64,000 nt of DNA, taken from contig NMRA01000073.1 in assembly GCA_002633005.1 (NCBI GenBank), positions 186,001 through 250,000 of the forward strand, written 5' to 3'. The notes under the pieces were generated by a model. It was given only the letters and a program-made list of their open reading frames with translations, was not told where the DNA came from and searched no databases. Below, one piece after another: positions 13,565 through 27,500 of the stretch; position 1 is the stretch's first letter, and every line of letters begins with the position of its first letter. This DNA is from Phoronis australis. Lineage: Eukaryota > Animalia > Phoronida. A program made the translations under genes and the position numbers.

Positions 13565-16500
13565 TTATTTATCGAAGGTAAGCCATCGAGCAGGATTGGA
13601 GATTAAAATGGTGTCAATTTGTTGCTGAGATACTCCGTACGCCAACATCTGCGGAACAACGTTGTCTAGGATATGACTGTATCCGTGGCCGCCAAACTTT
13701 ACCTGCAAGAAATGTATATTGCTTGTGACTCGGCTCTGGTGAAATGCAGTGGTTATCTGGGCGTTTTATTTTCTTGTTGGGGGGGTTTCAAACTTTGCTT
13801 TCGAAAGCATTCCTGATCTTACACATTCTGTATATGTAGGCCTAAATGGCATTTATTTGACAACGTATAACCCGACTTGCGAAATAAGCCGTTTTCAAAA
13901 AATACTTCTCAAAGCTCCGACAGCAGCACGCCAGTTCCTCTGTGGGGAGACTTCTCTAAACTACCCCCAGAACTAATTAACACTGAATTTCTAAACTGCA
14001 AAGTGCACGACGTAACCGTGGGTTGACCGACTCAAACAGATGTACCGAAAACAAATCTTTATACCATGACGCAATGTGTTGTGGAAAGGAATGCAACCGA
14101 AAACGCTGCAGGGGCGGATCCAGTACTTTGAGTGAGGAGGGGGCCAGGACAGAGCATTAGCCAGGGTTTTGCCCGACATTCGCACCCCCCAAATAGAATC
14201 TGGGAGAATTTTAGGGGGGCCATGGCCCCTTCTTAATCCGCCATTGCGCCGGAAACATGCAGACACATGCATGTAGACATGGCTCTAAACGATATTTTCC
14301 ACTAAAAAATATGATCCTATTTTCTTAAACCCATGACGCCACTCAAAAGTGTAGACACAGGCAAAATGTGCAGCAGGCACTTACCAGACGATGTTTGGTA
14401 TGAATGTCATGAGCCATAACAATCTTATCCAAGTAACCTTCCTTAATAAGCAGCTGTATTCGCCTTATTCTTTCGGCGTCGGACGGCATGGCAATCACAT
14501 TGTGACGCTGGTACCACGATATTTCTATGCCAAACAAATCGTATTCACAAAAGGTTCCCAGTTTGGCAAATTCCAACAGGTCATCGTCATTATGAATTGT
14601 TCCTGAAATCAACCAAAGGGAGCGTCAACAGTTACGTACATACCAGAAGGCCGTCACGTCGCTGGCAGTTGGCCACTTGGCTATGCCAGCGGCCATCCTC
14701 TTGTTTGTCCTCAGCAATGCAAGAGAAATGTTTGTTTTTAAATCAATTACGCGAAACGAGAAAGAAATATTGACTTTTAAAGACAAATTGCTTTTGAAAA
14801 GTTTTAGCTTGGCATAACACCACGCCTTTTAAACTATCATTGCCGAGGACGTGTTGTTCAGTTTTCAAATGTCTAATCAGGCACACTGATTTTCAGGACG
14901 CGTTTTGTCCTTTTACCTAACTAGCTATGCTGCACTTCTCATCGGTCACATGTTTATGTCTGTCGTTCGACAACCACATTTAGCTCTTCGTTTGGGACGA
15001 GTAGTTATCATCAAATATCAAAGTTACAGAGAATTTAGAAATGAGCGCAAAATCTTACTGTCCAAATGTCCCATTACAATCTTTCTCGTGTCGGCACCAG
15101 CTTCCTGTAATATTCGTACAATTTCCGCGGGCTGATCCTTATTACGGCCGGGGTGAATCATCAGCGGTGCTCCTAGGTGACTTTGGGCTTGTGCAGCTGA
15201 GCGCAAACTTTTCTTTTCGTGCTCTATATCAAAGTTAAGATCAAACTGGAACAACTGTACCAAACAACGAATTCACGTGTGCACGTGCGTGCCTGTGTAT
15301 TTGTGATAGAAAAACTGCCACCAATGTAGCTACGCCTTGGTTGCAACGAACTATTTTACTATCCTTTCCGGCCTCTGCTTGCGGTTGCCAACGGTTCTGT
15401 CATGAACGAAACAATGCTATATGTATGCTACCATGGTCCCAGAATCATGATATTGCATAAAATAATTACATGTCACGGTTCACGATGGAACTGGAAGTAT
15501 TTCTTGCACTTTACCTACCAGGGGGCTATCACCTTTTCTGGGTCGACATTTATAGCACGCCAAAATGTAAAAATGTGACCCATGGTTATACCAAGAACCA
15601 AAATTGCGCCTCATATATACCAATTGAGAGGACTTAAAACGTGACCCATTTTTATACCTCATCTAAAAAAATGTAAGGAAATTATAGCATGTCCTCCAGT
15701 CTTGCAACTGTTTATAATCACGTCATGACATTCATACCGCGCACAGTGTTATCGACTTCCCATCCCATTGCAAAAAAGCAACCCAAGTCTATACCAGACA
15801 ATTGAAAAATGCTCCACTCTCAGCGGCAAGTCCCTAACATCCCCATCATGCTCCAGCCATGTTTGCCATACTTTCAACTTCATATTGGCCCATGTAGAGC
15901 TAAGTAGAACACCAATAAACATTGAAATACACCGAATATGACCCGCAAAACGGTACGTTGCATTCTCTCGTGAGCAACCCGCAATAGTGATAATGAGAAA
16001 ATTAAACAGATTTTGATTTCTTTTAAATATGTGACAGTGAGAAGAGACGACAATACAGTCTGGCAATGTCACGGCAATCCTACCTGTGAAAGGATAGGTG
16101 CAACCGATTTCTCCAATAATTCCACACCTGACCGGCTCGCCGCTGTCGTCCACCACAAAACCTTCATTGACCTGCGAGACAATCTCGGTGCAAATTTGCT
16201 CCTCCGTCAAGGACCCCATATTGGAGGGGTGGGATTTACCGACGTAATAACCTATCACGGTAGTAAACGTCAAATTCTTTACTGTATTGGACAAAGAACC
16301 ACAGCACTCGTAGGAAAGGTTGGAATTCAAAATCTTACATGGACTTCAAACTCGACTTTGCGGATATGATTTTTTCATACTATACAATGTTGTATTTGCA
16401 TAAAAATGTACCCATAAACATCGAGTCGCTTGCAAAGAAAGCCTTGATGGGTGTTAAAACCTGGCATTCTGTTACTTTTTTAGGTCACAAAGATTTATAA

Positions 16501-19500
16501 TTACACGACCTAAAAGTAATATTGGCTAATAAAAGTAAGTATTCATGTTACCTGCTCCGCAAATCACATTGACTCCGGTTTCCAATGCAACTTTCTTGTA
16601 AAACAGCGGATCACGATTAATTCCGTTGGTAGTATTCTCCACAATGGTTTGTCCGCCGTTTTTCTAAAGTTAAATAGCAAAATAAATACGATGACATGAG
16701 CGCACCCAGCCTTTAATGTGGGGGTCTCGAATTTTCGACGATGTGGACCTTTTACTAACAAAAAGTCGGGAGGACTAAAAAAAACAAAGAAACGGGAACC
16801 GCGTTCGGAGCTGTGAATTGTGCGTTTACGCCTTTTTGGAGGACCTTCGTCTCGTTTTCTATAACTTTTTGCGCAATTCGCCAAATGGGGGGCCTTGTTC
16901 AAGCCCCCCTCCCCTTCCTCCTGGGTGCGCGCATGGATGAGGGATACACATCAAGAGAAACATTGATAGTTTACAGCGTAATATCATGGGCCGCGAAACA
17001 CTGAAATACGTGGGGGGGGCTATAGCAACCCCAGCCCCCTATGGTGTGCCGCTCATGAATGTGACAGTAGTACAAGTGATATCAATGTTTCATGGGATGG
17101 TGAAGTGCTAAATAATGGTGCAGTGTCACTGAAAAGAGCAGTTATAAAAATTCACATTCATAAACTTTGTCAGAACCCGTCATAACATGCTCAGACACGG
17201 GCAGAACACGTCTCGAATGAGACATCGTCCAAGGGGATCTTTCTCAAAATTTTCAGCTTAGTCCACTCCGATTCCGCTTGTACGTTCACGGTATTCGGGG
17301 TCCCGTTCCATGAAACCTTCTCTGTCTTAACTTGTACCAAAATTGAGCTAAATTAAGATCAAAACGTCTTAGCCACGTTTCATGAAATTTCTGAAGACCG
17401 AAATGAAGACCGAAATCGGTCTAAGCCACGGAATACATGTAGGCTCTTAAGCCTTAAAAGGCTTTAAATTAAAAAAATGTCTAAGTGACCAAACTGCGAC
17501 TATCACCACTCTAAACTCTTGAGGAATAAATTTCGTAACTTTCGGAATCCAATGACCCTAAATAATGTCAAATTGAAGATCGTCTGCTTTCAATTCGAAA
17601 ATCGCAAAGGCCACTGAGAAAATGCGGTGCACTTAGTCTTTTTCTAAAATTTCATCTTCGGGCTTAACTCAGCCCGAATTTTATTCTTAACTTCGACACT
17701 TTTTGTCCCGAAGGCGTAATTCCTACGTCAGGGCCGCAAAACAGCGAAAAACTTGCCAAAAGTATAATGCTTATGAGTAACATCATGTTGCATGAAAACA
17801 ATAACACTGCATTAAAACGTTAATATCCATACCTTGAAATTTTTAATTTCTTCAAGCACAGCCTCTTGTTCTTCACACAACTGAAGATTCTCCTCGTGTG
17901 AGTACCTTGAAGAGTGACGTCAGAGCTGTCTTGCAGTAGAATCAAGAGTCGAGTGAAAGGAAAACATACACATGCGCATTCGTTGCATATAAAATCCGGT
18001 CAAAATAGAAGTACCTGCACTAGTTCTCAGATTTAAATAGGGTTTATTGACCTATTGCTGTTACATTGACATTATCTGAAAAAGCAAGAGATGTACGAAT
18101 TCGGAATTTTATTGAAAAAACGACACAAATTCAGTTTCAAGTCCAACGCCATGTCAGTGGACAGACTGCCAAGTGAACTACAACCGTAACTGGTTAGTTG
18201 ATTACGTCGTCATGGGCATGGTACTAGCCAAAATCTTTCTTCACATTTTTAAGTAGCAGCACCGTGGCGACTTCAGAAAAAAAATGTTAAAAGCCCATAC
18301 TACTGAGCTTTACATGAATGGTGAAAACGGTAGCAGTTTTCGCTGGCGTTTTAGTCAGACAGACGGGGTCAATTTCGCCAGCAGTTAGTTTGATTCCTCC
18401 TTACCCGAGTCGTTTTTAAAGGAAATTTTGTATCGATCTCTGCCAGAAATTAATTGATGTGAGGATAGAACAAAGCCCTGCGCGTATGTGTGATATTTGA
18501 AGCAAGTGGTCTCGCTACAAAAAGCCAGCGAGAATGGTAATAGTGTTGGGGTAAGTCAAATCTCCAGCACAGCGCTTTTGTCGCAAGCGACAGTGCTGGC
18601 GAACGCCAGCGTTTCAGCCAGCATGTAAACAGGATTCAAGTTTGTGCAGCATACAACCGAGGGTGAACTCAAGAGTAATACGTGAGAGTTTATTCATTTT
18701 TCATTCTTACGGGTACTGTCTTATCCATCCCAGGTTCTTCATTTCAAACGGCAGATTGACATTGTCCGCGAACTTCTCTCTTGGAGGATAAAAAGATACG
18801 CCAAACTTCATTGATAGGTGCTCGTGGGTATGAGTGGCTCCAAGCAACTCGGGTCTAACGCACCCCAGCACTGAAATAAATGAGATCGTTCCGATTCAGA
18901 TGTTGACAGTTCGTTTGTAAATAACAGAGCCTGAAAAGCGAGCCATTTTACGAAGCGCCAAAGAGTTCGTAAAGTGAACAAGCAGTATAAAATTGCTACT
19001 CAGAGTAGAATTACCTATTATATTTGCAGACTCAATCATTCAAAGCGTAAATCAAGATACCTGCTCGACGGTACAAATCAGAGGCACCCGACAAGTTTGT
19101 TTGCTACTTTGAAAAATATAATGGAATCTTTCCAGTGGTGAAGTTAGTTTTTGTTTAGAATTTAAGTTTTACAAGAGAAATGAACTAAGGCGGTTTTTCA
19201 TATCATATCTTTGAACAGCGGAAACCACAGAATAGATTAGCTACTAAATGTGTCACTTTCAGGACCTGGAAATGCTGTGGGATTGGAATTCACAGACTTA
19301 ACCAACCTGTTATGCCCTGGTCACAAACTGGCTGAACGCTAGGCGAGACCAACATAAATATTCTCTGCTATAATTTTCCTTCATATGGTAGGTGTCCCCA
19401 CCACTTATGTACCTTGTCCACAAACTGGCTAAAACGAAAGAGCTTTCACTAGCACTTTCGCCAGTAGCAAAAACGACAGCAAGGATAACAGTTGCATATG

Positions 19501-19897
19501 TGTGACTTTTGGTGTCTCTTTGCAGGCGGATTGAGTTATTCCGAAACTGTTTGCGTATTGGCTAGCAATTTTGAAGCCAGGGGAAAGATACCTTTGTTTA
19601 TCTTCACATAAGTGAGTTGATGACAAAGAGTGAGCGCGTTTTGACACCAGTTTTCACTCTAAAACGATTCGTGTGGTGAGGAAGCAAACTAGCTGATGAC
19701 ATCTCGTCAGTCTGACTAAAACGCTACCTTGTAGCCCTCTGAAAAAATGTCAGGACTTTCGACAATCGTTTGAACCTAATCACAAAAACTACTGTAGCAT
19801 AACACGTAGGCATAATTCTGTAGAAATAAGTATTTGTCTCAGTTGGGCGAATGATTGTATGCTCACCTGTTTGGACTTTGCCTTCTCTTGAAACCAT
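13565..19897 (-). CDS. PTER: Phosphotriesterase-related protein, paralog 1 (354 aa)
   Basis: Exons 19867-19897, 18711-18870, 17833-17905, 16552-16663, 16084-16251, 15059-15223, 14385-14602, 13565-13702 (31+160+73+112+168+165+218+138 = 1065 nt). Motifs [62 protein letters not shown]. Confidence 0.95.
14109..14246. mobile_element. Short MITE in PTER1 last intron
   Basis: TIR CAGGGGCGGATCCAG / CTTAATCCGCCATTG; flanks CGCTG/CGCCG. Confidence 0.6.
16695..16935. mobile_element. MITE in PTER1 intron 3
   Basis: TIR CATGAGCGCACCCAG / CTGGGTGCGCGCATG, perfect 5-bp TSD GATGA; the paralogous site in PTER2 (~28210) is empty. Confidence 0.85.
18307..18632. mobile_element. Non-autonomous DNA element; related inverted copies at ~19410-19730 and ~30040-30255
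   Basis: Ends TTTACATG / CATGTAAA; internal GCGTTTTAGTCAGAC matches the reverse complement at 19710-19725. Confidence 0.5.
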
Positions 19898-20020
19898 ACT
19901 CCTGAAATGAGAAGAATGATAAGATGTACAAAATCGTTAGCTGGAATAAAGACATTTCACTCGATGTTTCGAGCACTGACATCATAACCACAAGGCAAAC
20001 CAGGGCCATGCACACAACTC

Positions 20021-20290
20021 GTGGCAAAAAGCCTTCCTCCAACTCGAAACTCATTTCAGTTTTGCGTTTAGTCACTGTTCTCTGCAAAGTGACCCGAGTT
20101 GCCACACCGTGAATTCAGCCGATCCCAACGGGTCGCCAACAATGTCGCGCCCCTCGCCCGTTAAATACAGTGGCAAAAAGCCTTCCTCCAACTCGAAACT
20201 CATTTCAGTTTTGCGTTTAGTCACTGTTCTCTGCAAAGTGACCCGAGTTGCCAAACCGTGAATTCAGCCGACCCCACCGGGTCGTCAACA
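20021..20290. repeat. Local tandem duplication, period 149 bp
   Basis: GTGGCAAAAAGCCTTCC...GAATTCAGCCGA at 20021 and 20170. Confidence 0.9.
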
Positions 20291-20571
20291 TTCTATCTCC
20301 CAATCACCACTGCCCTGGTGCAAACTCTCATAGGCTCTGTTCAAGTAGCATTTTGTGCTCCTTCAAATTGTGACCTGTGTGGTTACAACTGATTTGAACT
20401 TTGAAGGGAAATTTTCTATCACTTTTAGGGAATGTGTAGGCCTCGTGAGGGGAATTTGATAGAGGAATAAGGCCTATATTCGGCCCCAAAATCGAGGGAT
20501 TGAGGGCCCTGACCTTTTTGGAAACAAATGTTTCATGTAGTCATGAAAACACAGCCTGGCTGGACGAAGAT

Positions 20572-20800
20572 TCACCGGTTGTTGCTATGCTCGCCAACCG
20601 AGATGCGACAAAATGTGATCAAACTTTCGAAAACATTTATAAGTTTTACCCGAAAATAGTTTCCTTCGTCGCGGCGTATGGCAACGACCCAACGCTTCCG
20701 AATCTCAACGTCCTTAGGGATTGTGAAAAAACACTTGAATGTCCGTATTTTTCTGTCGCCATTCGAAAAAAGCGGAACACAACTATGCCGATTAGCCAAG
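20572..20800 (-). mobile_element. THAP-domain relic of a DNA transposon
   Basis: FFTIPKDVEIRKRWVVAIRRDEG...C....H resembles the THAP P/W/C/H pattern; degenerate. Confidence 0.65.
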
Positions 20801-23800
20801 ATGTAACGGAGCTGTTGTAGTGAGCCACGTTTTAAAGGGCGCTTCTTGTCCACGTGAATTGACCTTACGCCAGAAAATGAATGACAGGTGTGACTGACCA
20901 ATCAGAATGCTGCATTCTGGACACTCCTCCAGACTGCAGTTCGCCATCTTGTCCGACAAACATTAGCGGCTGTAGGACAAAACACGTTCAACTGCAATGT
21001 GCATTTTAAATGGCCAAGAGGTGTTGTTGTGGTGTGTGTAATTCAGACAGTCGTTATACTAACAGAGATGAAAGTCCTGTCAATTTTTGGCCTTTTCCAA
21101 AGCCTAATAGTGACGTATGAGCAAACGGTGGATTACTGTGTGAAGGCTATTCCCGCACGAGCAGCCTAACCTGTCAACATTGTTTGACCACTCGAAAGCT
21201 AAATAGAAGTATGTTCTAAGGTATGCACCCTTTTTAATATTTCTACCCAATATCGGAATTTTGGCTCTGGATTACAGTCTTGTTAAGTGTGTGACCCGCC
21301 CCCTCCGCGATCACTTTCACATTATAACCTTACATGATGACAACCATTTCCATAGCACTGACGAAAACGAGTTAAAATATAGTCAATCAAGAGTCAGAAT
21401 TCATTCTTACCTATTAATTAGAGGCTCTTACATCTATTCTCACTGTGAGTGTTGGTATAGGCCTATTCCTATTCCTTCGATCGTAACTCCTCACTCTTGG
21501 CGGCTGTCGAGCAAGGCTCGTGATACATTACTATCTCGGGCAATGATTGCCAGTAAAAACCAAAACGAAGGATTGAAAACTTTATTATGAACGGAGAAAA
21601 TTAATGCACATTAATTACCGAAAATACGTAGCATTTTGGCGCTACGCCGTGACACTACAGAAACGGCGTATCTTCGTTCGCCAGCGGGAGGCATATACAG
21701 GGAAACTGGGCGGCGCTACAGCCGTCTTTATTGTTGACCAACTTATCGACGCCCGGATAAGAAACCTGAATTAGGCGCTCGCCGCAGATTTACAATTTTG
21801 CCGACCTCAGACGGCGCATAGGATACTGCCAGGTGGCCAAATGCGACTTAGCGTTTAGTTAAGCGTCGAGCGCTGCCTATCTGCTCACTGTGCTCACTGA
21901 GATTGCTTAACACGATGTTAACGAGCTGTTACTTCTGACAGTCCCGGCTCGTGTTTCAACGCTATTGTGTTCAATCATTGACTCAAATAACAAATTGATC
22001 TCAGCTCACAGACACAGCTTCTTATCCTTTTTACGTCACTAGCTGGTTTGTTGGAGCTACAACACAGCGGTCCTATAATACAGGCTATATACCTACCCGA
22101 TAGAGCACCCTAGTGAACCAACCACTTGTGACTAGCTACGCTGCCTGTCGATCAAACAGATGTCACGTATAATATATTATACACAAATACATGTACGACC
22201 TAGAATCAGTCATGACCTGGTTTAAGAGTGACCGCAAGGGCCACACGGTTATTCAGAAAGAGGTAGACTTCGCTGGTTCCCGAAGCACTAAAATCTACAG
22301 CGGGTACCTGAGTAGCGGTTTGTATACAAAATAGCGAAGACCAACCGCTGAAGGTTCTCGTAGCCATACTCTTGAGTGCGTATAGATTTGTGATACTTGG
22401 CTGATTCGAGTGTTTATTCAAGGATGAGGCCAACCAGCATATTTAAATCAGCTGAACATAAAACCATATGTTTTACTACCTTATCTGGAGTATATCTCTG
22501 CTCATAATCCAGATGATACATCCGGGAACGAATGGTGTGATCGCCCTGATGTCGGTCCGTGAGCAGCAGTCTACACTAAACTTATTTTAGTTCTTTGCAA
22601 CTGGTTTTAATTTTGTTTACAAAATGGAGAGTATGAATTTATAAAATAAAAACTTTACTGTAGTTTCAATTTTGTTTACAAAATGGAGAGTAATGAATTT
22701 ATAAAATAAAAACATTGAGCTGCAATTGAATAAATATGTTTCAGAAAAAAATCACGCCGGGAATACATAAATGAAAAATTTAAATGCTAAAATTCATTCA
22801 TGGCTTGACTTTCGAGATCCATATCCACATGCTCACGAGTCTGGATTCGGCTCTAACTCAGTGCGGCAGACCATCTGATCACTTACATTTCAGTATATTT
22901 TTAGATTGTTTTGATAGATCGTTTTGAGACACAGTCAAAAGTTATTTTTTACATTAAACTTGTGGAGTTTTAGTTAAAACATAATGAATATGTATTCCGG
23001 CTGTCAGCGACGCTCAGTTGTCATTTGTGTTCTCAAAAATACTGGTATCAAAGTAACTTTACTGAATGAGGAAAACTAAGTTTGCAGAATAAATTAAGGA
23101 GCTGTTCCTATCGAAAATTGGTACAATGATTTTATGAATTTTTCAATAGCATAGGCGGCTCAGCCCTGAAAAAGTGGGAGGAGGGCTATAGCCCTCATGA
23201 AGAGAGCAGAAAATTGATTGATGAAGGAAGTCGATGATGGACAGTTAATAAGTTTCAGATTTTCCCTGCACTTTGGTTCACAAACCAAAGTTTCCACTTT
23301 TGCTGGGCCATCTGCTAGGCCTGCTGTAACATTTGTCACATTTACCGATGAATTTTGTTTGCGGCACTTATACAGCGCTCGCATACCGTACACTCAAAGA
23401 CAAATTGGAATCTAATCAGCCGCCTTAAAAGAAAATTTCGCTCGCCAGAAGTCTGATTTGCCTTCTTATCATCTACACACAAATATTGCGACAGATTCAC
23501 CTTCGTAATAACTGAGATATGCCAATATTCCACTGGTTAGGTTCAGTTCGCCTATGGTGTTTGCACGTTATTGGTCAGAACATTTTGATATTGCACGTCA
23601 ATGTCGTGCTAACTGTTCGGACGGCAGATACAATACTTTTGTGAACGCTCATATCAAGCGGCTGATTTGCCTTCTGCTAAGACGTCGTATCTCAGTGCTT
23701 ACAAAAGTGCACATTCGAAAAATGTGAAGATAGTTTTAGTAACTCTTAGGAACCCTTTGAGATTGACATCACTGAAATTGACGGGTAGAAAGACTGAAAG

Positions 23801-23879
23801 TTGCTCGTTCGGTAGTAGTAGACTGCCTAAAAATTAATGAGACTCGCCAACAAGATTTGCTAGATATCTGTACGCCACG

Positions 23880-24320
23880 GAAATCGGACATGTCCGACAA
23901 TCAAACTCAACTGTTATTTTAACAGGAACACATTCAACAATTTTCATAAAGAGCCCGCAGTTTGGCGGACAGAGGCGGATGCCATAAACGACTCAAAAAT
24001 AATACATAAGACCATTAGGTGACGCAAAATCCCACAAATCCGTTCCAATGATAGTCGTCGTCGTCGTCTCTTTAATTGAAATTCATTATATATCTAATTA
24101 TCAGAGACAAATGTAAAAAAAAACTAAAATTGCCACTACCAGACACAGCCGTAGTAGGATGAATTCAAAACTCGCCATCATCCGTTACCAGCTTCATAGG
24201 ACATCTGCCAAATCCGTTGTGTTCCCGCATGGGGTTAAGGAGATACAACAGCATACACAGGACTCAGATGACACGAATATGCACCCACATATCTATATGT
24301 ATACGTGGGTGCATAAATTT
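23880..24320 (-). mobile_element. Helentron-type non-autonomous (HINE/DINE-like) element downstream of PTER2
   Basis: Short inverted repeat GCACCCAC...GTGGGTGCATAAA; GCCACTA-containing internal repeats shared with other copies. Confidence 0.5.
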
Positions 24321-24520
24321 AGGGCAAAAAGAATCGAGACAAGACACTTTACTGACGAATTGATATTGAACCCTAAACGACAAATGTCTAAGCACGGCTA
24401 TCGATTTTCTTAGGGTAGACACAAAATGAAACTCTAGTACCAAACAAGGAGCATTCTAAGTGACATTGCACTACGAAGGAAAAGACACAAGAAACAGCAC
24501 AGGATCGACTACAGAGGAAT

Positions 24521-27500
24521 TTATTTATCGAAGGTAAGCCATCGAGCAGCGTTGGAGATTAAGATGGTGTCAATCTGTTGCTGAGATACTCCGTAAGTCA
24601 ACATCTGCGGAACAACGTTGTCAAGGATGTGGCAGTATCCGTGGCCGCCAAACTTTAGCTGCAAGAGACGTACAGTGCATGTGAGACATCTCAGCTCTGG
24701 TGCAATGCAGTGGAATTCTTTTTACGCTTAATTTTATTGTTAAGGGGATTCAAAAGAAATTTGGTTTCGCAAGCGTTGCTTATTGTTTTACACGGAGCAT
24801 TCCGTATGTCAGTAAAACGACATTTATTCGAATGATGGCGAGAACATCATGAAATATTACACATTAATTGACTATCGAAATGCTGTTTTTGAAGAATACT
24901 TTATAATCCTTCGCAACATCACGCCAGTTCCTCTGTAGCTTGACATATCTTCATGTATACTAACCCCAGAGCTAAAAAAAATGTTCGCCGTGGCATACTT
25001 CCGGAACAGGGCATCCAATCTACATACGTTGACAATGTAGTCCCTTGTTTTTACGCAGACCAACACTGTGCAACCTGTTAAGGAGATGCATGCAACTGGA
25101 TCGCCAGATGGCGGCGCGGACAAAACATGCAGATAATTAGACATGGCTCTAAAAGACCATTTTCTTAACAAAAATGTCTGTGAGATTGTTTTCACTCAGA
25201 AATGTAGACCTGCTAAATAAGTGCGGCGCTTACCAGACGATGTTTGGTATGAATGTCATGAGCAATAACAATCTTATCCAAGTAACCTTCCGTAATAAGC
25301 AGCTGAATCCGCCTTATTCTTTCGGCGTCGGACGGCATGGCAATCACATTGTGACGCTGATACCACGACACTTCTATGCCAAACAAATCGTATTCGCAGA
25401 GGGTTCCCAATTTGGCAAATTCCAACAGGTCATCGTCATTATGGATTGTTCCTGAAATCGACCAAAGGGAGTGCTACATACACGCCAGTTGGAAGTCCAA
25501 AAGAGTGTCATCTGATTTCCAACACGTTTTATCATTTTCTGAACTTTGTCGCTAAGCTGCAGTTAACCTCCTCATATTTTTAGCATACTCATTCACTTGC
25601 CAACACATCTAGGTCTTCCCTTTAGACGAATATTTACTAAGAAATATCAAAGCTACAGAGAACCTAGAAATGAGCTCAAATCTTACTGTCCAAATGTCCC
25701 ATTACAATCTTGCTCGTGTCGGCGCCAGCTTCCTGCAATATGCGTACGATTTCCGCGGGCTGATCCTTATTACGGCCAGGGTGAATCATCAGCGGTGCTC
25801 CCAGTTGATTTTGGGCTTGCGCAGCTGAGCGCAAACTTTTCTTTTCGTGCTCTACATGTATATCAAAGTCAATTTCAAGTGTAAAATTGAAACACGCTAC
25901 TAAACATCAAATTCATGTGTGTATGCGTGGGTGGGATTAACTATAGAAAAACCGTTGCCACTGCAGTTCCGCCTTTTTGGTTGCTCGCTGTTACCAGAGT
26001 TTTGACCATCATGAATGAAATAACGCTGTATATATGCCATCATAGTCCCAGTATCATGACAAAGCATACAATAACTAAACGTCACCTGGCCACGAAGGAA
26101 CTGCAAGTATTTCTTGACTTTTGCCCATCATGGGGCAGTCACCTTTTTGTGTTAAGAGGTGCAACTAGATCCAAGGCTTCAAATTCTGGGGCGATACTTA
26201 TATTAGGCCAAAATGTACAAGAGCAACGCAAAAGATGCGCTTCTAGGGATTTTTATTTGTATCATAAAATGATCATTAGATGACACAGAATATGTTGAAC
26301 ACATCTAAAAATGGGAAGATGTCGTGGTCTCTCAAAACTATTTGCCAAGTTTCATGAAAATCCATCAAAGATCTCCAAATATACAAAGGCAAACGTAAAA
26401 ACCTGTCATTAGGAACCAAAGCGGTAGTTGAATCCATCCATCTGCCGTCAAGTTAATTGGAATACAATTGCAAAATTTCAAAAACATCTTGCAAGAGGTT
26501 TAGCAGATACAGCCCTAGATGTGAAACAAATGTCACTAGGAAGAACCACGGTAGTTGGACCCGTTTGAAAATCCACGTCAGTAATGACCTTGTCAGTAGG
26601 AACACATCTGCCAATTTTCTTAATGATCCTCTGCCTGCTTTGGAAGATACAGAAACAAACGACAAAAGCACACTAAAAGATAATTAAAATGGCCACTAGT
26701 TGCAGCAGAATACGTCGAAACCATCCGAAAACGGAAAGATGTCATCGTTTCATTAATAGACAGCTATTTACCAAATCTTACAAAGATCTGTCAAGGAACT
26801 TCAGAAAAAAGAGGAAAACGGAAAAAATGAAATTGCCACTAAGGAGCACTGTGTTCGTCGAATCTGACTGAAAGTCGTCAGTCGTCAACATGCTAAATTT
26901 AATAAAAATCCTGTAAAGGGTTTAGGAGATAAAGAGATGGGCGCAAAAATACTGCCACTGGGAGGCGCCACAGTAGTTGACGTCGTCAGAAAATCATCGT
27001 CAGCCGTATTCTTCAGAGTAAGCACATATATGCCAAGAGAGGTTTGCCTATCTGCCGAATTTCATGAAATTACGTTGAGGACCTTTGAATATACAGTGGT
27101 AGACGCAAAACATAAAAATTGCCAATAGGGGGCACACCGAACATGCGTCCAAAGTCGTCGTTGTGCGTTAACAACTTCATATAAATACACTTGCTAAATT
27201 CAATGAAGATCCTGCACAGCGTTTAGGACATACAGCTTTGGGTGCAAAAAAAAACTGGCTCCAGGTGGTGCCACAGTGGTGGAAGTCGCCGGAAAATCAT
27301 CGTCAGCCATTCTCTACGCAGTAAGCAAATATATGCCAATTTTCAAAATCATCCTTAGGCTGCCCTCCGGGGTATGCCAAACCCTTCAAATTCATGGGGT
27401 AGTAGGGTTTAGTATAGCTGCCGCCAGTAGAACGCAAATGAACACTTAGACACACCGAACATGAACCGCAGAACGTTATGCTGCACTCTCTCGTAAGTAA

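Noticed and set aside
22590-22715. ~59-bp two-copy tandem duplication
   Set aside because: Ordinary AT-rich slippage duplication with no sign of function.
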